From: Squalus acanthias
Lineage: Eukaryota
Assembly: GCA_030390025.1 (NCBI GenBank)
Contig: CM059433.1
Span: 27,778,001 to 27,842,000 of the forward strand
Reading direction: 5' to 3'
Length of the DNA: 64,000 nucleotides
Shown here: piece by piece, positions 25,488 through 38,030 of the stretch
How positions within the stretch are numbered: position 1 is the stretch's first letter
Layout of the letters: every line of letters begins with the position of its first letter
Notes under the pieces: model-generated
The model's input: the letters and a program-made list of their open reading frames with translations, nothing else
The model's database searches: none
Told to the model about the DNA's origin: nothing
Program-made: the position numbers and the translations under genes

Positions 25488-28400
25488 TAAATAAGTACGA
25501 TCTGATAGCCATTACAGAAACATGGATGCAGTATGACATAGATTGGGACCTGAATATTGAAGGGTACATGACATTTAGGAAGGACAGGAAGGTGGGAAAA
25601 GGTGGAGGGGCGGCTCTGTTAATTAATGATGGTATTTATCACAATAGAGAGGGATAACCTAAGTTCAGGAAACCAGGATGTAGAAGCGGTTTGGGTAGAG
25701 ATGAGAAATGATAAAGGCAAGAAGTCACTTGTGGGAGTGGTGTACAGGCCCCCTAACAGTAACCACACAGTAGGATGGAGTATAAAGGAAGAAATAATGG
25801 GAGCTTGTCAGAAAGGTACGGCAATAATCATGGGGGATTTTAATCTACATATAGACTGGAAAAATCAGATGGGCAAAGGTAGCCTAGATGAAGAGTTTAT
25901 AGAATGTTTTCGGGATAGTTTCTTAGAACAGCACGTTCTGGAACCAACCAGAGAGCAGGCTATACTAGACCTGGTATTGTGCAATGAGATAGGATTAATT
26001 AATGACCTCATAGTGAAGGCGCCCCTAGGTAGCGGCAATCATAATATGATTGAATTTTACATTCAGTTTGAGGGAGAGAAGAGTGGGTCCAAGACTAGTA
26101 TTTTAAATTTAAATAAGGGCAATTATGAGGGCATGAAAGCAGAGCTAGCTAAAGTGAACTGGCAAATTAGGTTAAGGGATAGGTCAATTGTGTTGCAGTG
26201 ACAGACATTTAAGGGGATATTTCAAAATACACAGAATATATACTTTCTAACGTGAAAGAAAAATTCCAAGGGGAGGACCCACCATCCGTGGTTAACTAAA
26301 AAAGTTAAAGATAGTATCAAACTTAAAGAAAAAGCATATAATTGCGCAAAGATGGGTGGCAGGCCAGAAGATTGGACAGAATATAAAAAACAGCAAAGAA
26401 TGACTAAAAGATTAATAAGGAGAAAAATTAGAGTATGAGAGAAAGCTAGCTAGAAATATAAAAACAGATAGTAAGAGTTTCTATAGATATTTAAAAAAGA
26501 GTTAACAAAGTGAGCGTTGGTCCTATAAAAAGTGAGTCTGGGGAATTAATAATGGAAAATAAGGAGATGGCAGTTGAATTGAACAGGTATTTTGCATCGG
26601 TCTTCACTATAGAGGATACAAGTAACATCCCAGAAATAGCTGTAAATCAAGAAATGGAAGGGAGGGAGGAACTCAAGAAAATTATAATCACCAGGGAAGT
26701 GGTACTGAGCAAATTGTTGGAGCTGCGGGCTGACAAGTCCCCGGGTCCTGATGGACTTCATCCTAGGGTCTTAAAAGAAATGGCTAGTGAGATAGTTGAT
26801 GCGTTGGTTTTAATTTTCCAAAATTCCCTAGATTCGGGGAAGGTTCCATTAGATTAGAAAATAGCGAATGTAACTCTTTTATTCAAAAAGGGAGGGAGAC
26901 AGAAAGCAGGAAACTACAGGCCAGTTAGCTTAACATCTGTCATAGGGAAGATGTTAGAAGCTATTGTTAAAGACGTTATAGCAGGGCACTTAGAAAAGTT
27001 CAAGGTAATCAGGCAGAGTCAACATGGTTTTGTGAAAGGGAAATCATGTTTAACCAATTGATTGGCGTTCTTTGAGGAAGTACCATGCTGTGGATAAAGG
27101 GAACCGGTGGATGCACTGTCCTTAGATTTCCAGAAGGCATTTGATAAGGTGCCACATCAAAGGTTATTGCGGAAAATAAAAGCTCATGGTGTAGGGGGTA
27201 ACATATTGGTATGGATAGAAGATTGGCTAGCTAACAGGAAACAGAGAGTAGGCATAAATGGATCATTTTCTGATTGGCAAGATGTAACGAGTGGTGTGCC
27301 ACAGGGATCAGTGCTGGGGCCTCAACTTTTTACAATTTATATAAATGACTTGGATGAAGGGACCGAAGGTATGGTTGCTAAATTTGCTGATAACACAAAG
27401 ATAGGTAGGAAAGTAAATTGTGAAGAGGACATAAGCAGGCTACAAAGGGATATAGATAGGTTAAGTGAGTGGGCAAAGATCTGACAAATGGAGTATAATG
27501 TGGGAAAATGTGAAATTGTCCATTTTGGCAGGAAAAATAAAAAAAGAAGCATATTATCTAAATGGTGAACGATTGCAGAGCTCTGAGATGCAGAGGGATC
27601 TGGATGTCCTCGTGCATGAATTGCAAAAGGTTAGTATGCAGGTACAGCAAATAATTCTGAAAGCTAATAGAATGTTATTGTTTATTGCGAGAGGAATTGA
27701 ATACAAAAGTAAGGAGGTTATGCTTCAGTTATACAGGGCATTGGTGAGACCACATCTGGAGTACTGTGTACAGTATTGGTCTCCTTATTTAAGGAAAGAT
27801 GTAAATGCGTTGGAAGCAGTTCAGAGAAGGTTTACAAGACTAATACCTGGAATGGGCGGGTTGTCTTATGAGGAAAGGTTGGACAGGCTAGGCTTGTATC
27901 CGCTGGAGTTTAGAAGAGTAAGAGGTGACTTGATTGAAACATATAGGGGGAGAAATTCGGTATCGCTCCGTTTGGGGCGCAATTATTGGCCGGGCGCAAA
28001 GTTTAGCGCCTGGCGCTAATTATCGCCTCCGACTCCAAACTTGGCTTCTATCGTCCCTGGAGGTGATTGGAGCGCTAAATTAGGCGCTACACACCTCTCA
28101 AGGCGCTAATGCCGAGGAGCGAGGCGCTAACTCAGAGCGCTGGCGAAGCTCATGTGATGTCAGTCAGCAATGGAACACAGACATACTGGCGCCGGCCAGT
28201 TCTTAAAGGGGAGGGTCGATCTTGCTCTCCATCCACACCCTGCTCATTGCAGCCTTGAATCTCGGCCTGGAGAGACCTGTACATCAATTCTGCTGGAAAG
28301 AACAATGGAGAGGCCCAGGGAAAGAGCTCAGAGTGCAGCCCCCATATTCTCTTCTAAATCAATGCAAGGAAGGTCAAATCAAAATGAACCTGCAAAGTGC

Positions 28401-29196
28401 TGCTCAGTACCCAAAACTCCTTCACACAGCGTTGAATCTCTTCAGAAGTCTCTGTCTCTCAGAAGGCGTGGTGCAAAAATGTTGCTGACAAAAAATGTCA
28501 GGAAGCGGTCACCTTTAAATAGCGCTCCCCCAGTCCCTTCCCGACTGCAAAACGTTCCCCTCAACCTGTCGTTGCTAGCGGCAGGCGGTAAGGCAGGGGG
28601 CACCACTGAATATCCGGTCCCAGGCGCTACCGGGGCGTTGCACGCTCGACTAACTTCACGATCTGCAGGCGCAGGAGATTGTGGCGGTAGTGTTTAGCGC
28701 CACCGCACAATGTCTGGTCAATTTTGCGAGCGCCACAAACATCGCCGCACCCGGGCGCTGGTTGCCTTGTGCCCCATTAGCGCCCTCTTAGGGCACTAAC
28801 GGGAGGCGCAAAGCAATCGAATTTTTCCCCCATAAGATCCTGAGGGGTTTTGACAGGGTGGATGTGGAGAGGATGTTTCCTCTTGTGGGAGAATCTAGAA
28901 CTAGGGGTCACTGTTTAAAAATAAGGGGTCGCCCATTTAAGACAGAGATGAGGAGAAATTTTTTGTCAAAGAGGGTTGTGAGTCTTTGAAACTCTTTCCT
29001 CAGAGGGCGGTGGAAGCAGAGTCTTGGAATATTTTTAAGGTAGAGGTAGATAGATTCTTGATATGCAAGTGGGTGAAAGGTTATCAGGGGTAGGCAGGAA
29101 TGTGGAGTAATCAGATCAGCCATGATCTTATTGAATGGCGGAGCAGGCTCGAGGGCCGAGTGGCCTACTCCTGCTCCTAATTCGTATGTTCGTATG
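25488..29196 (+). mobile_element. CR1 LINE, near-complete ORF2 (APE endonuclease + RT) with stops/frameshifts, interrupted by a DNA transposon
   Basis: VYRPPNS, MGDFN and LDLVL (endonuclease); KSPGPDGLHPRVLKE, DFQKAFDKVPH and GVPQGSVLGP (RT); (TTCGTATG)n tail. Confidence 0.92.
27946..28831. mobile_element. PIF/Harbinger-like non-autonomous element (886 bp)
   Basis: TIRs GGGGGAGAAATTCG / CGAATTTTTCCCCC; TSD ATA; CR1 sequence GAAACATATA|AGATCC is restored on removal; many GGCGCTA/TAGCGCC subterminal repeats. Confidence 0.85.
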
Positions 29197-31174
29197 TAAA
29201 AACCCATCTAGTTCACTAATGTACTTTACGGAAGGAAATCTGCCGTCCTTACTCGGTCTGGCCTATGTGACTCAAGACCCACAGCAATGTGGTTGACTCT
29301 TAGCTGCCCTCTGTTGTATTCACCACTACCTTCTCACGGACAATTAGGGATGGGCAATAAATGCTGGCTTTGCCAGTGACGCCCACCTCCCGTGAATGAA
29401 TAAAACAAAATACTTAAAAAGGAAAAAATTGCAGGGGGGAAAGAGCAGGGAGAGTGGAACTAATTAGATAGCTCTTTCAAAGAGCCAGCACCTGCATGAT
29501 GTGCCGAATGGCCTCCTTCTGTGCTGTATCATTCTATGAGTAGGTGGAACAGGATGAAAATTGTGGGAAGAAGCCATCAGTGGAGGTGGAGGGAAACAAC
29601 AAAAAGAAAACAAATGAGGTGTACTTAAAGGGGAAGGCAAGGGTCAGTGGATACTTCTTGTCCAAAACACCCCTACATTCCCTATCAAGAAAATAATCCA
29701 GTCATTCTTTTAGGTGTTTGCAGAAACAGCAATTTGACCGGTGGTGCGGAGAGCCTCGAGTTGAGTCATTCGTCCTGATGGACTGTCCGGTGAGCTCATT
29801 GATTACATCACCATTCCCCCCCGAGTGAGTCCATAGGAAACAGTGGGGGCCACTAAATTGGGAACTGGCCTGAGCGACACTGGGAAACCTTGCGACCAGC
29901 TGGCATACCCGTATCCCCCAGCCCCATTGTCCAAAGGTCCTGCCGCTCTGAATGGGCTCTCGGACAAGTCTGAAGTCATGTGGCTGACACCCAAACCACG
30001 TGTCCACAGCGGTGGAATTAGCCTTCCTTTAAAATAAGCAAGATACAATCACGGTCAATCTACTCTTTTTCCATGTGGATGTGGAGAGTACTTTGAACAA
30101 GAAGCAATCCATCCCGGAATATCCTTTCCCCTTTAAGGATATGTTGTAAGGGATTTTAGAAGAAAGAGTTCATTTACTAAAAATATCCTTCCGACCTGTG
30201 ACCTTACAATCCAGAACATCCAAGTCCTGGGCAGGAATTTCTTTCTTTGTAAGGCTTACGTTTCAGCCCAGGGATCAAGCCAGGTTACTGAAAGCAAACT
30301 GTCAGCACATATTGTGCAGCAAGCTCTCCTTAGGCACGTATTAGTCATATTCTGACAGTAATGTCTACTGTATATTCCGAGGGAATCAGAACTTCCTCTA
30401 CAATGTATCCGCACATCTACATGTGCCAAGTTTATTGTGGGAACTAGTTACGTCATGCACAAGGTCAGTAGCAACATTTTTCTGATAATATATACACGCA
30501 TATTAATTCCCCCCCGTCTCTCCAGAAGGCACGGACTCTTGCTGTGTTACAGTTCCACAGCTCCGAGAGCCCTCCAACACCTCAGCCAAGTAGTCATCCT
30601 TGACGTGCGAGCCCACTGAACGTTGGTAGGCTATTGCACTGTGGTGGCATCACGGCTGAATCCGAACCTGTCCTCACTCAATCTCCGCACACAAGGACTC
30701 ACCAACACTGGTCAATGATTAGTGATCAGGAGTCAGAATCCTGGCTGGTTTCACAAGATAGGTCTTATTCTCCCAATACATCAGCTGGTTATTTTTAAAA
30801 AAAAGAGTTCTGGCCTCACTCACTCTTCCTGGCAATCTGCTCCAGCTGTTGATCGTCGAGGGTAAAGCTATATTACCAAACATCTGCACATCTTCACAAC
30901 CCCGAACCTGTGTCTTCTTGTGCAGCTGCCCTGGTGTATCCGAGGTATTTCCCAGGTTTCTATTTTCTCAGTCCCATCATTTCTTGTATAACCTCCTTAA
31001 GGTCCCCTCTGAGGCATCTCTTCTTTTGCCCTTTGCTATGGCACCAGCACTGTGGCCAATGATACCATCCCTACTGGCATCTCAGCTGTCCCAACACAAA
31101 CTAGAAACCTTCCTGATCTGTATGGTTTCCTTCCACACTGAGCAGGGCGTGGACCCACTGGGAGCAGCACAGTT

Positions 31175-31630
31175 AAACAACAACAACTTGCATTTATATA
31201 GCACCTTTAACGGAGTAAAACATCCCAAGGCGCTTCACAAGAGTGTAATCAGACAAAATTTGACACTGAGCCACGTAAGAAGATATTAGGCAGGTGACCA
31301 AAAGCTCGGTTGATCAAAGAGGTAGGTTTTAAAGGAGCGTCTTAAAGGAGAGAGAGGCGGAGAGCTTGAGGGAGGGAATTCCAGAGCTAAGGGCCAAGGC
31401 AGCTGAAGGCATGGCTGCCAACAGTGGAGCGATTAAAATCAGGGATGCGCAAGAGGCCAGAATTGGAGGAGCACAAATATCTCGGAGCGCTGTAGGGCTG
31501 GAGGAAATTACAGAGATAGGGATGAGCGAAGCTGTGGAGGGTTTTGAAAACAAGAATGATCATTTTAAAATCGAAACGTTGCTGGACCAGGAGCCAATGT
31601 AGGTCAGCGAGGGCAGGGGGGATGGGTGAG
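31175..31630 (-). mobile_element. L2-clade LINE 3' fragment
   Basis: LADLHWLLVQQRFDFKMIILVFK (ORF 31387..31731) plus tail. Confidence 0.8.
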
Positions 31631-32654
31631 TGAGGACAGGACTCTTTTTTAAAAAGAAACAGCTGACGTATTGGGAGAATAAGACCTATCTTGTGAAACC
31701 AACCAGGATTCTGACTCCGACTCCTGATCACTAATCATTGACCAGTGTTGGTGAGTCCTTGTGTGCGGAGATTGAGTGAGGACAGGTTCGGATTCAGCCG
31801 CGATGCCATCACAGTGCAATAGCCTGCCAACAGGCTCATGTGAGGGAGATGGAGATGACGGTAGGAGAATCTGAAGTTCTCTGCTTGTGTTTAAACTTTT
31901 ATATTATAAAACTGACATGGCTGATCTGTGTCCTAACTTCATCCACCCGCCTTGGCTCCATAACCCTTAATACCTTTGGCTGGCGAAAATCTATCGATCT
32001 TCAATTTTAAATTATTAATTGATCTAGCAGCTACGGCTTTTTGTGGGAGAGAGTTCCACACTTCTGCCACCATTTGTGTGAAGACGTGTTCCCTAACCTC
32101 GCTCCTTAATGGCCTGGCTCTGATTTTAAAGTTATGTCCCCTTGTCCTAGGCACCTCCACCAGCAGAAAAAGTCTCTCTATCTACTTAATCAATTCCTTT
32201 CAAAATAGGCCTTCGGAAAGTCTACCAAATGTCACAAGGTTCAGAAACACCCAAGAACAGGCCATTAACAAGTTCGCCCCTCCTAGGCATCATATGTTGT
32301 GTGATGGATAAGACGATGACGATTTTATTCTTTATTAAACATGCTTTGCACTGTGCCTCCTTATTTCAAAATATTTGTAGTAGTTCAAAATATCCTCCAG
32401 GAGAATTATATCCAGAAATGATTAGATACCAAAATACGTTCATATTTTAAACGCAGCAAAGGACACAAAGTACTGAAAGTGATAATAAAAACATTTATTA
32501 TACGGAGCCTGGCTTTCATTCCAGAAATGAACATTTAAAAAAAACAAAATTAATTCCCCCCATCTCTCTTAAAAGTACACTCTCATACTGGGTTACAGTG
32601 CACCAGCCACCCTCAAGACTTAACCCAAAGGCCATTACTCTTGTTTGAGCAGAG

Positions 32655-33490
32655 ATAACAACTTGCATTTATAAAGCGCCTTTAACGTAATAAAATGTCC
32701 CAAGGCGCTTCACAGGAACGTTATCAAACAAAATTTGACACCAAGCCACATAAGGAGATATATGGGCAGATGATCAAAAGCTTGGTCAAAGAGGTAGGGT
32801 TTAAGGAGCATCTTAAAGGAGGAAAGAGAGGTAGAGAAGCGGAGAGGTTTAGGGAGGGAATTCCAGAGCATCAGGCCTCGGCCGCTGAAGGCACAGTTGC
32901 CAACAGTAGAGCGATTAAAATCAGGGATGCGCAAGAGGCCAGAATTGGAGGAACGCAGATATCTCTGCGTGCTGGAGGAGGTTACAGAGATAGGGAGGGG
33001 GTGAAGCCATGGAAGGATTTGAAAACATGGATGAAAATTTTAAAATCGAGGCATTGCTTAACCTGGAGCCAATGTAGGTCAGCGAGCACAGAGGGGGTGG
33101 GTGAACCAGACTTGGTGCACGGGACTTGGTGCGAGTTAGGATATGGGCAGCAGAGTTTTGCGTGAGCTTAAGTTTATGGAGGGTGGAACCTGGGAGGCTG
33201 GCCAGGAGTGCATTGGTAAGGTCAAGTCTAGAGGTAACAAAGGAATGGGTGAGGGTTGCAGCAGCAGGTGAGCTGAGGCAGGGGCAGAGTCAGGCGATGT
33301 TACGGATGTGGAAGTAGGCGGTCTTAGTGATGGCGCGGATATGTGGTCAGAAGCTGAACTCGGGGTCAACGAAGACACCAAGTTTGAAAGCAGCCTGCTT
33401 CAACCTCAGACTGAACTTCAGCTAGGGAGAGGGATGGAGTTGGTGGCTAGGAAATGAAGTTTGTGGCAGGGACTGAAGACAATGACTTGA
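32655..33490 (-). mobile_element. L2-clade LINE 3' fragment
   Basis: Same family as 31175-31630 but extends further 5'. Confidence 0.8.
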
Positions 33491-33866
33491 GCACACAAAT
33501 CTAGGCTGAGATTCCAATGCAGTACTGAGGAGGTGCCTGCCGTCTTTCGGATGAGACGTTAAACCGAGGCCCCGTCTGCCCTCTTAGATGAACGGAAAAA
33601 AATCCCACGGCGCTATTTTGAAGAGCAGGGGAGTTCGCCCCGGTGTCCTGGCCAATATTTAACCCTCAGCCAACATCACAGAAACAAATTATCTGGTCAT
33701 CATCACATTTCTGCTTGTGGGATCTATCTGTGTGCAAATTGGCTGCCGGGTTTCCTACATTACAACAGTGACTACACTTCAAAAGTACTTCATTGGCTGT
33801 AAAGCGCTTTGGGGACTTCCTGATGTTGTGAAAAGCGCTATAGAAATGCAACTTCTTTCTTTCTTT
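33487..33866 (+). mobile_element. SacSINE1/DeuSINE-like SINE, 5'-truncated
   Basis: Deu core and tail. Confidence 0.8.
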
Positions 33867-33999
33867 CAAAGCTTGATGATATGTTGATGGCAAAAAAATG
33901 TATAGTTAGGACCACAATCCAGGAGTTCATGAGTTAATCAAGGACAGCCAGCATGCAGCTGTGTTCCACTAATTTAAGAGAGTTTCTCTGAAGAGTTTG

Positions 34000-36256
34000 A
34001 AAGTGATTTAGTTAAATCCGAAACTAGGGTCTTAAATCTAAACAAAGCAAACTACATAAGTATGAGGGCGAGTTGGCTCAGGTAGTTTGGGAAACTACAT
34101 TAAAAGGTATGATGGTAAAGAAGCAATGGCTAGCATTTAAATAATTAATACATAATTTACATCAAATATACATTCCTTTAAGGCACAAAAACCAACAGGA
34201 AAAGTGGTCCAACCGTGGCTAACAAGAAAAGTTAAAGATAGTATTAGATCAAAGGAAGAGGCTTATAATGTTGTCAAAAAGAGTAGTAAGCCTGAGGATT
34301 GGGAGGATTTTAGAATTCAGTAAAGGAGGACCAAGAAATTGATAAAGAAAGGGAAAATAGAATATGAGAGTAAACTAGCGAGAGACATAAAAACAGACTG
34401 GAAAAGCTTCTACAGGTATGTAAAAACGAAAAGATTAGCGAAAGTAAATGTGGGTCCCTTACAGGCTGAGACAGGAGCAATTATAATGGGGAATAAGGAA
34501 ATGGCAGAGAAATTAAACAAATACTTTGTGTCTGTCTTCACGGAAGAAGACGTAAAAAACTTCCCGGAAATAGTGGAGAACCAAGGCTCTAGCGAGAATG
34601 AGGAGCTGAAAGAAATTAGTATTAGTAAAAAAATAATACTGGAGAAATTAATGTGGCTGAAAGCCGATATATCCCCTGGACATGATGGTCTACATCCTAG
34701 GGGTCTACATCCTAGGGTTTTGAAAGAGGTGGCTATAGAGATAGTGGATGCATTGGTTGTCATTTTCCAAAATTCCATAGATTCCAGAACAGTTCCCGTG
34801 GATTGGAAGGTAGCAAATGTAACCCCACTATTTAAGAAAGGAAGGAGAGAGAAAACGGGGAATTACAGACCAGTTAGCCTGACATCAGTAGTAGGGAAAA
34901 TGCTAGAATCTATTATTAAGGGTGTGGTAACAGGGCACTGAGAAAATAATAATAGGATTGGGCAGAGTCAACATGGATTTATGAAAGGGAAATCATGTTT
35001 GACAAATCTTAGAATTTTTTGAGGTTGTAACTAGAAGAATAGATAAGGGGGAACGAGTGGATGTGGTGTATTTGGATTTTCAGAAGGCATTCGATAAGGT
35101 GCCACACAAGAGGTTATTAAACAAAATTAGGGCTAATGGGATTGGGGGTAATATACTAGCATGGATTGAGGATTGGTCAACGGACAGAAAACAGAGAGTA
35201 GGAATAAACGGGTCATTTTCAGGTTGGCAGGCTGTAACTAGTGGGGTACCGCAAGGATCAGTGCTTGGGCCTCAGCTATTCACAATCTATACCACCGACT
35301 TGGATGAGGGGGCCAAATGTAATATATTTAAGTTTGCTGATGATACAAAGCTGGGTGAGAATGTAAGTTGTGAGGAGGATGCAAGGAGGCTTCAAGGGGT
35401 TATAGTCAAGCTAAGTGAGAGGGCAAGAAAATGGCAAATGGAATATAATGTGGAGAAATGTAAAGTTATCCACTTTGGTCGGAAAAATAGAAAAGCAGAG
35501 TATTTTTTAAATGGTGAGAGATTGGAAAATATTGGTGTTCAGAGGGACCTGGATGTCCTTGTACATGAATCACTGAAAGTTAACATGCAGGTACAGCAAG
35601 CAATTAGGAAAGCAAATGGTATGTTGGCTTTTATTACAAGAGGATTTGAGTATAAGAGTAAAGATATCTTAATACAATTATATAGGGCCCTGGTGAAACC
35701 ACACCTGGAGTATTGTGTACAGTTTTGGTCTCCTTACCTAAGGAAGGATATACTTGCCATAGAGGGAGTGCAACGAAGGTTCATCAGACTGATTCCTGGG
35801 ATGGGGGGATTGTCCTATGAAGACAGATTAAGTAGACTAGGCCTATATTCTCTAGAGTTTAGAAGAATGGGAGGTGATTTTATTGAAACATACAAAATTC
35901 TTACAGGGCTTGATAGGGTAGATGCAGGGAGGATGTTTCCCCTGGCTGGGGAGTCTAGAACCAGGGGTCACAGTCTCAGAATAAGGGGTCGGCCATTTAG
36001 GACTGAGATGAGGGGAAATTTCTTCACTCAGAGGGTGGTGAATCTTTGGAATTCTCTACCCCAGAGGGCTGTGGAGGTTCAGTCGTTGAGTATATTCAAG
36101 ACAGAGATCGATAGATTTTTGGATATTAAGGGAATCAAGGGATATGGGGATTATGCAGGAAAGTGGAGTTGAGGTAGATCATCAGCCATGATCTTATTGA
36201 ATGGCGGAGCAGGCTCAAGGGGCCAAATGGCCTACTGCTGCTCCTATTTCTTATGT
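34000..36256 (+). mobile_element. CR1 LINE, 5'-truncated, long open RT segment (35057..36172)
   Basis: DVVYLDFQKAFDKVPH, GVPQGSVLGP, KFADDTKL; 15-bp tandem duplication GGTCTACATCCTAGG near 34687-34717. Confidence 0.92.
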
Positions 36257-37562
36257 TAAGAGTTTTGATATAGTGAATTGGAAAAGACTATTTCCGCTGG
36301 TTGGGGAGTCAGTGTTGAGGGGTCATCAATCTAAAAATGATAACTAAGTGGAGCGAGGCTAGGAGAACATTCTTTACACAGAGGGTTGTTGGAGCATGGA
36401 ATGCTTTGTCACAGGGAGTGGTTGAGGCAGAGGCCATAACTTCTTTAAAATGGAAGAGAGAGAGAATTATTGAGGGCAGAGCAGGACAGTGGGAATAGTT
36501 TCAGATTCCTCTAGCAAAGGGTTAGCACAGACATGACGGACCAAATGGCCTCCTTCTGTGCAGTAAACGTCTGGGTTCTATAGTTCCAGTGATTTCCAGA
36601 TAGACACCCTCTCCTGTAAAGACCAAGGTGAGAGATGGGGACGAAAACGCTGTGACATTCTGCAGAGAAATTTTTGACCAAGTACCACAATAGGTTGATC
36701 TCCATAAAAAATATGACTACTTTGTTTGGGGGGGGGCGGTTACGGAAAGAGATGGCGGGACTGTGACCTGAGTGCTAACCCTTCCCAATCTGCGCCACGC
36801 CAAGGAATGACGACATTGAATGAAGGTGGCAATATTTCCCTGCAGGGGAAGGAAAAATCTGAGGAAGTGATACCCAGGTGGACTCCTTCAATCTCCTGAG
36901 GAAGAAGGGAAGTGAAATGAGTCGTGGTCAGAGCAAGCTGGCTCACCCGTCTCTGAGCACAAGAGGTGCCTTGTCCAGGCAGAGCGAAGATAATTACCAA
37001 GGAAGTTCACATAAAAAATATTTAACAAAAAAAAACTTCTTGGGGCAATGGATAGGGTGACTATGCCCAGTGAGTGGTGAGGCAGACTGCTAGCTCTCGG
37101 GATGAGCTTTGAATTGCGAACCACAAACATGGTAGTCTTCCACCAATAATATTAGGCCTGGTTATCGCCTGAATGAATGAGAGCAATGCACTGACAGTAA
37201 TGAGACAAGGCCTCAAATGAGAGGGGTTCAATTAAGCTCAATAACTGGAAAGAATCAGCATCTTATCTAGAAGGAATGAACTTGCATCCTTAACACGTTC
37301 CAAAATGCTTTACAACCAATGAATTATTTTTGAAGTGTAGTCACTGTCAAGTAAGCAAATGTGGCAAGCAACTTACGCACAGCAAGGTCCCACAAACAGC
37401 AATGAAGTCATCTGTTTCGGTTTATGTTGGTTGAGGTATAAGCACTGAGGATACTAGAACTCTTCTGCTCTTCTACAAATACATCCAAGTGAACAGATAT
37501 ACAGGGCCTCCGACAATACGGCACTCGCTCAGTACTACACTGATCACGTGCTGATCACTGGT

Positions 37563-38030
37563 GTCAGCCGTGGCTCAATTGGCAGCACTCCCGCCTCAGA
37601 GTTAGAAGGTCATGGGCTCTACTCCATTCCCAGAGACTTGAGCACAAAAATCTAGGCTGACTCTCCCTGCGCAGTGCTGAGGGAGTGCTGCACTGTCGAA
37701 GGTGCCGTCTTTTGGATGAGGCGTTAAACCGAGGCTCCATCTGTCCTCTCAGGTGGACCCATGTCACCCAAAGATCACACGCCACTATTTTGAAGAGGAG
37801 CAGGGGAGTTCTCCCCGGTGTCCTGGCCAATATTTAGCCCTCAACCAACATCATTAAAACAGAGTATCTGGTCATTATCACATTGCTGTTTGTGGGAGCT
37901 TGCTATGCGCAAATTGGCTGCCATGTTACCTACATTACAACAGTGACGGCACTTCAAAAAGTACTTCATTGGCTGTTAAGCGCTTTGGGATGTCCTGCGG
38001 TCATGAATAGCGCCATATAAATGCAAGTTG
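37563..38030 (+). mobile_element. Full-length SacSINE1/DeuSINE-like SINE
   Basis: tRNA-like head GTCAGCCGTGGCTCAATTGGCAGCACTC, Deu core and tail ATATAAATGCAAGT. Confidence 0.85.

Larger units (their letters stand above)
25316..29405 (+). mobile_element. tRNA-headed short retroelement in two halves (about 25316-25487 and 29197-29405), split by the CR1
   Basis: ATTGTTGTAAA|AACCCATC is continuous across the CR1; 3' part matches both ends of the LINE at 57855-60872. Confidence 0.7.

Noticed and set aside
28170..28697. 175-aa ORF inside the TIR element as a transposase
   Set aside because: No DDE motifs; at most a few N-terminal codons resemble a Myb/SANT ORF start
35057..36172. Open RT ORF as an active or domesticated reverse transcriptase
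   Set aside because: The element is 5'-truncated with upstream stops/frameshifts and no endonuclease; ordinary young CR1 copy
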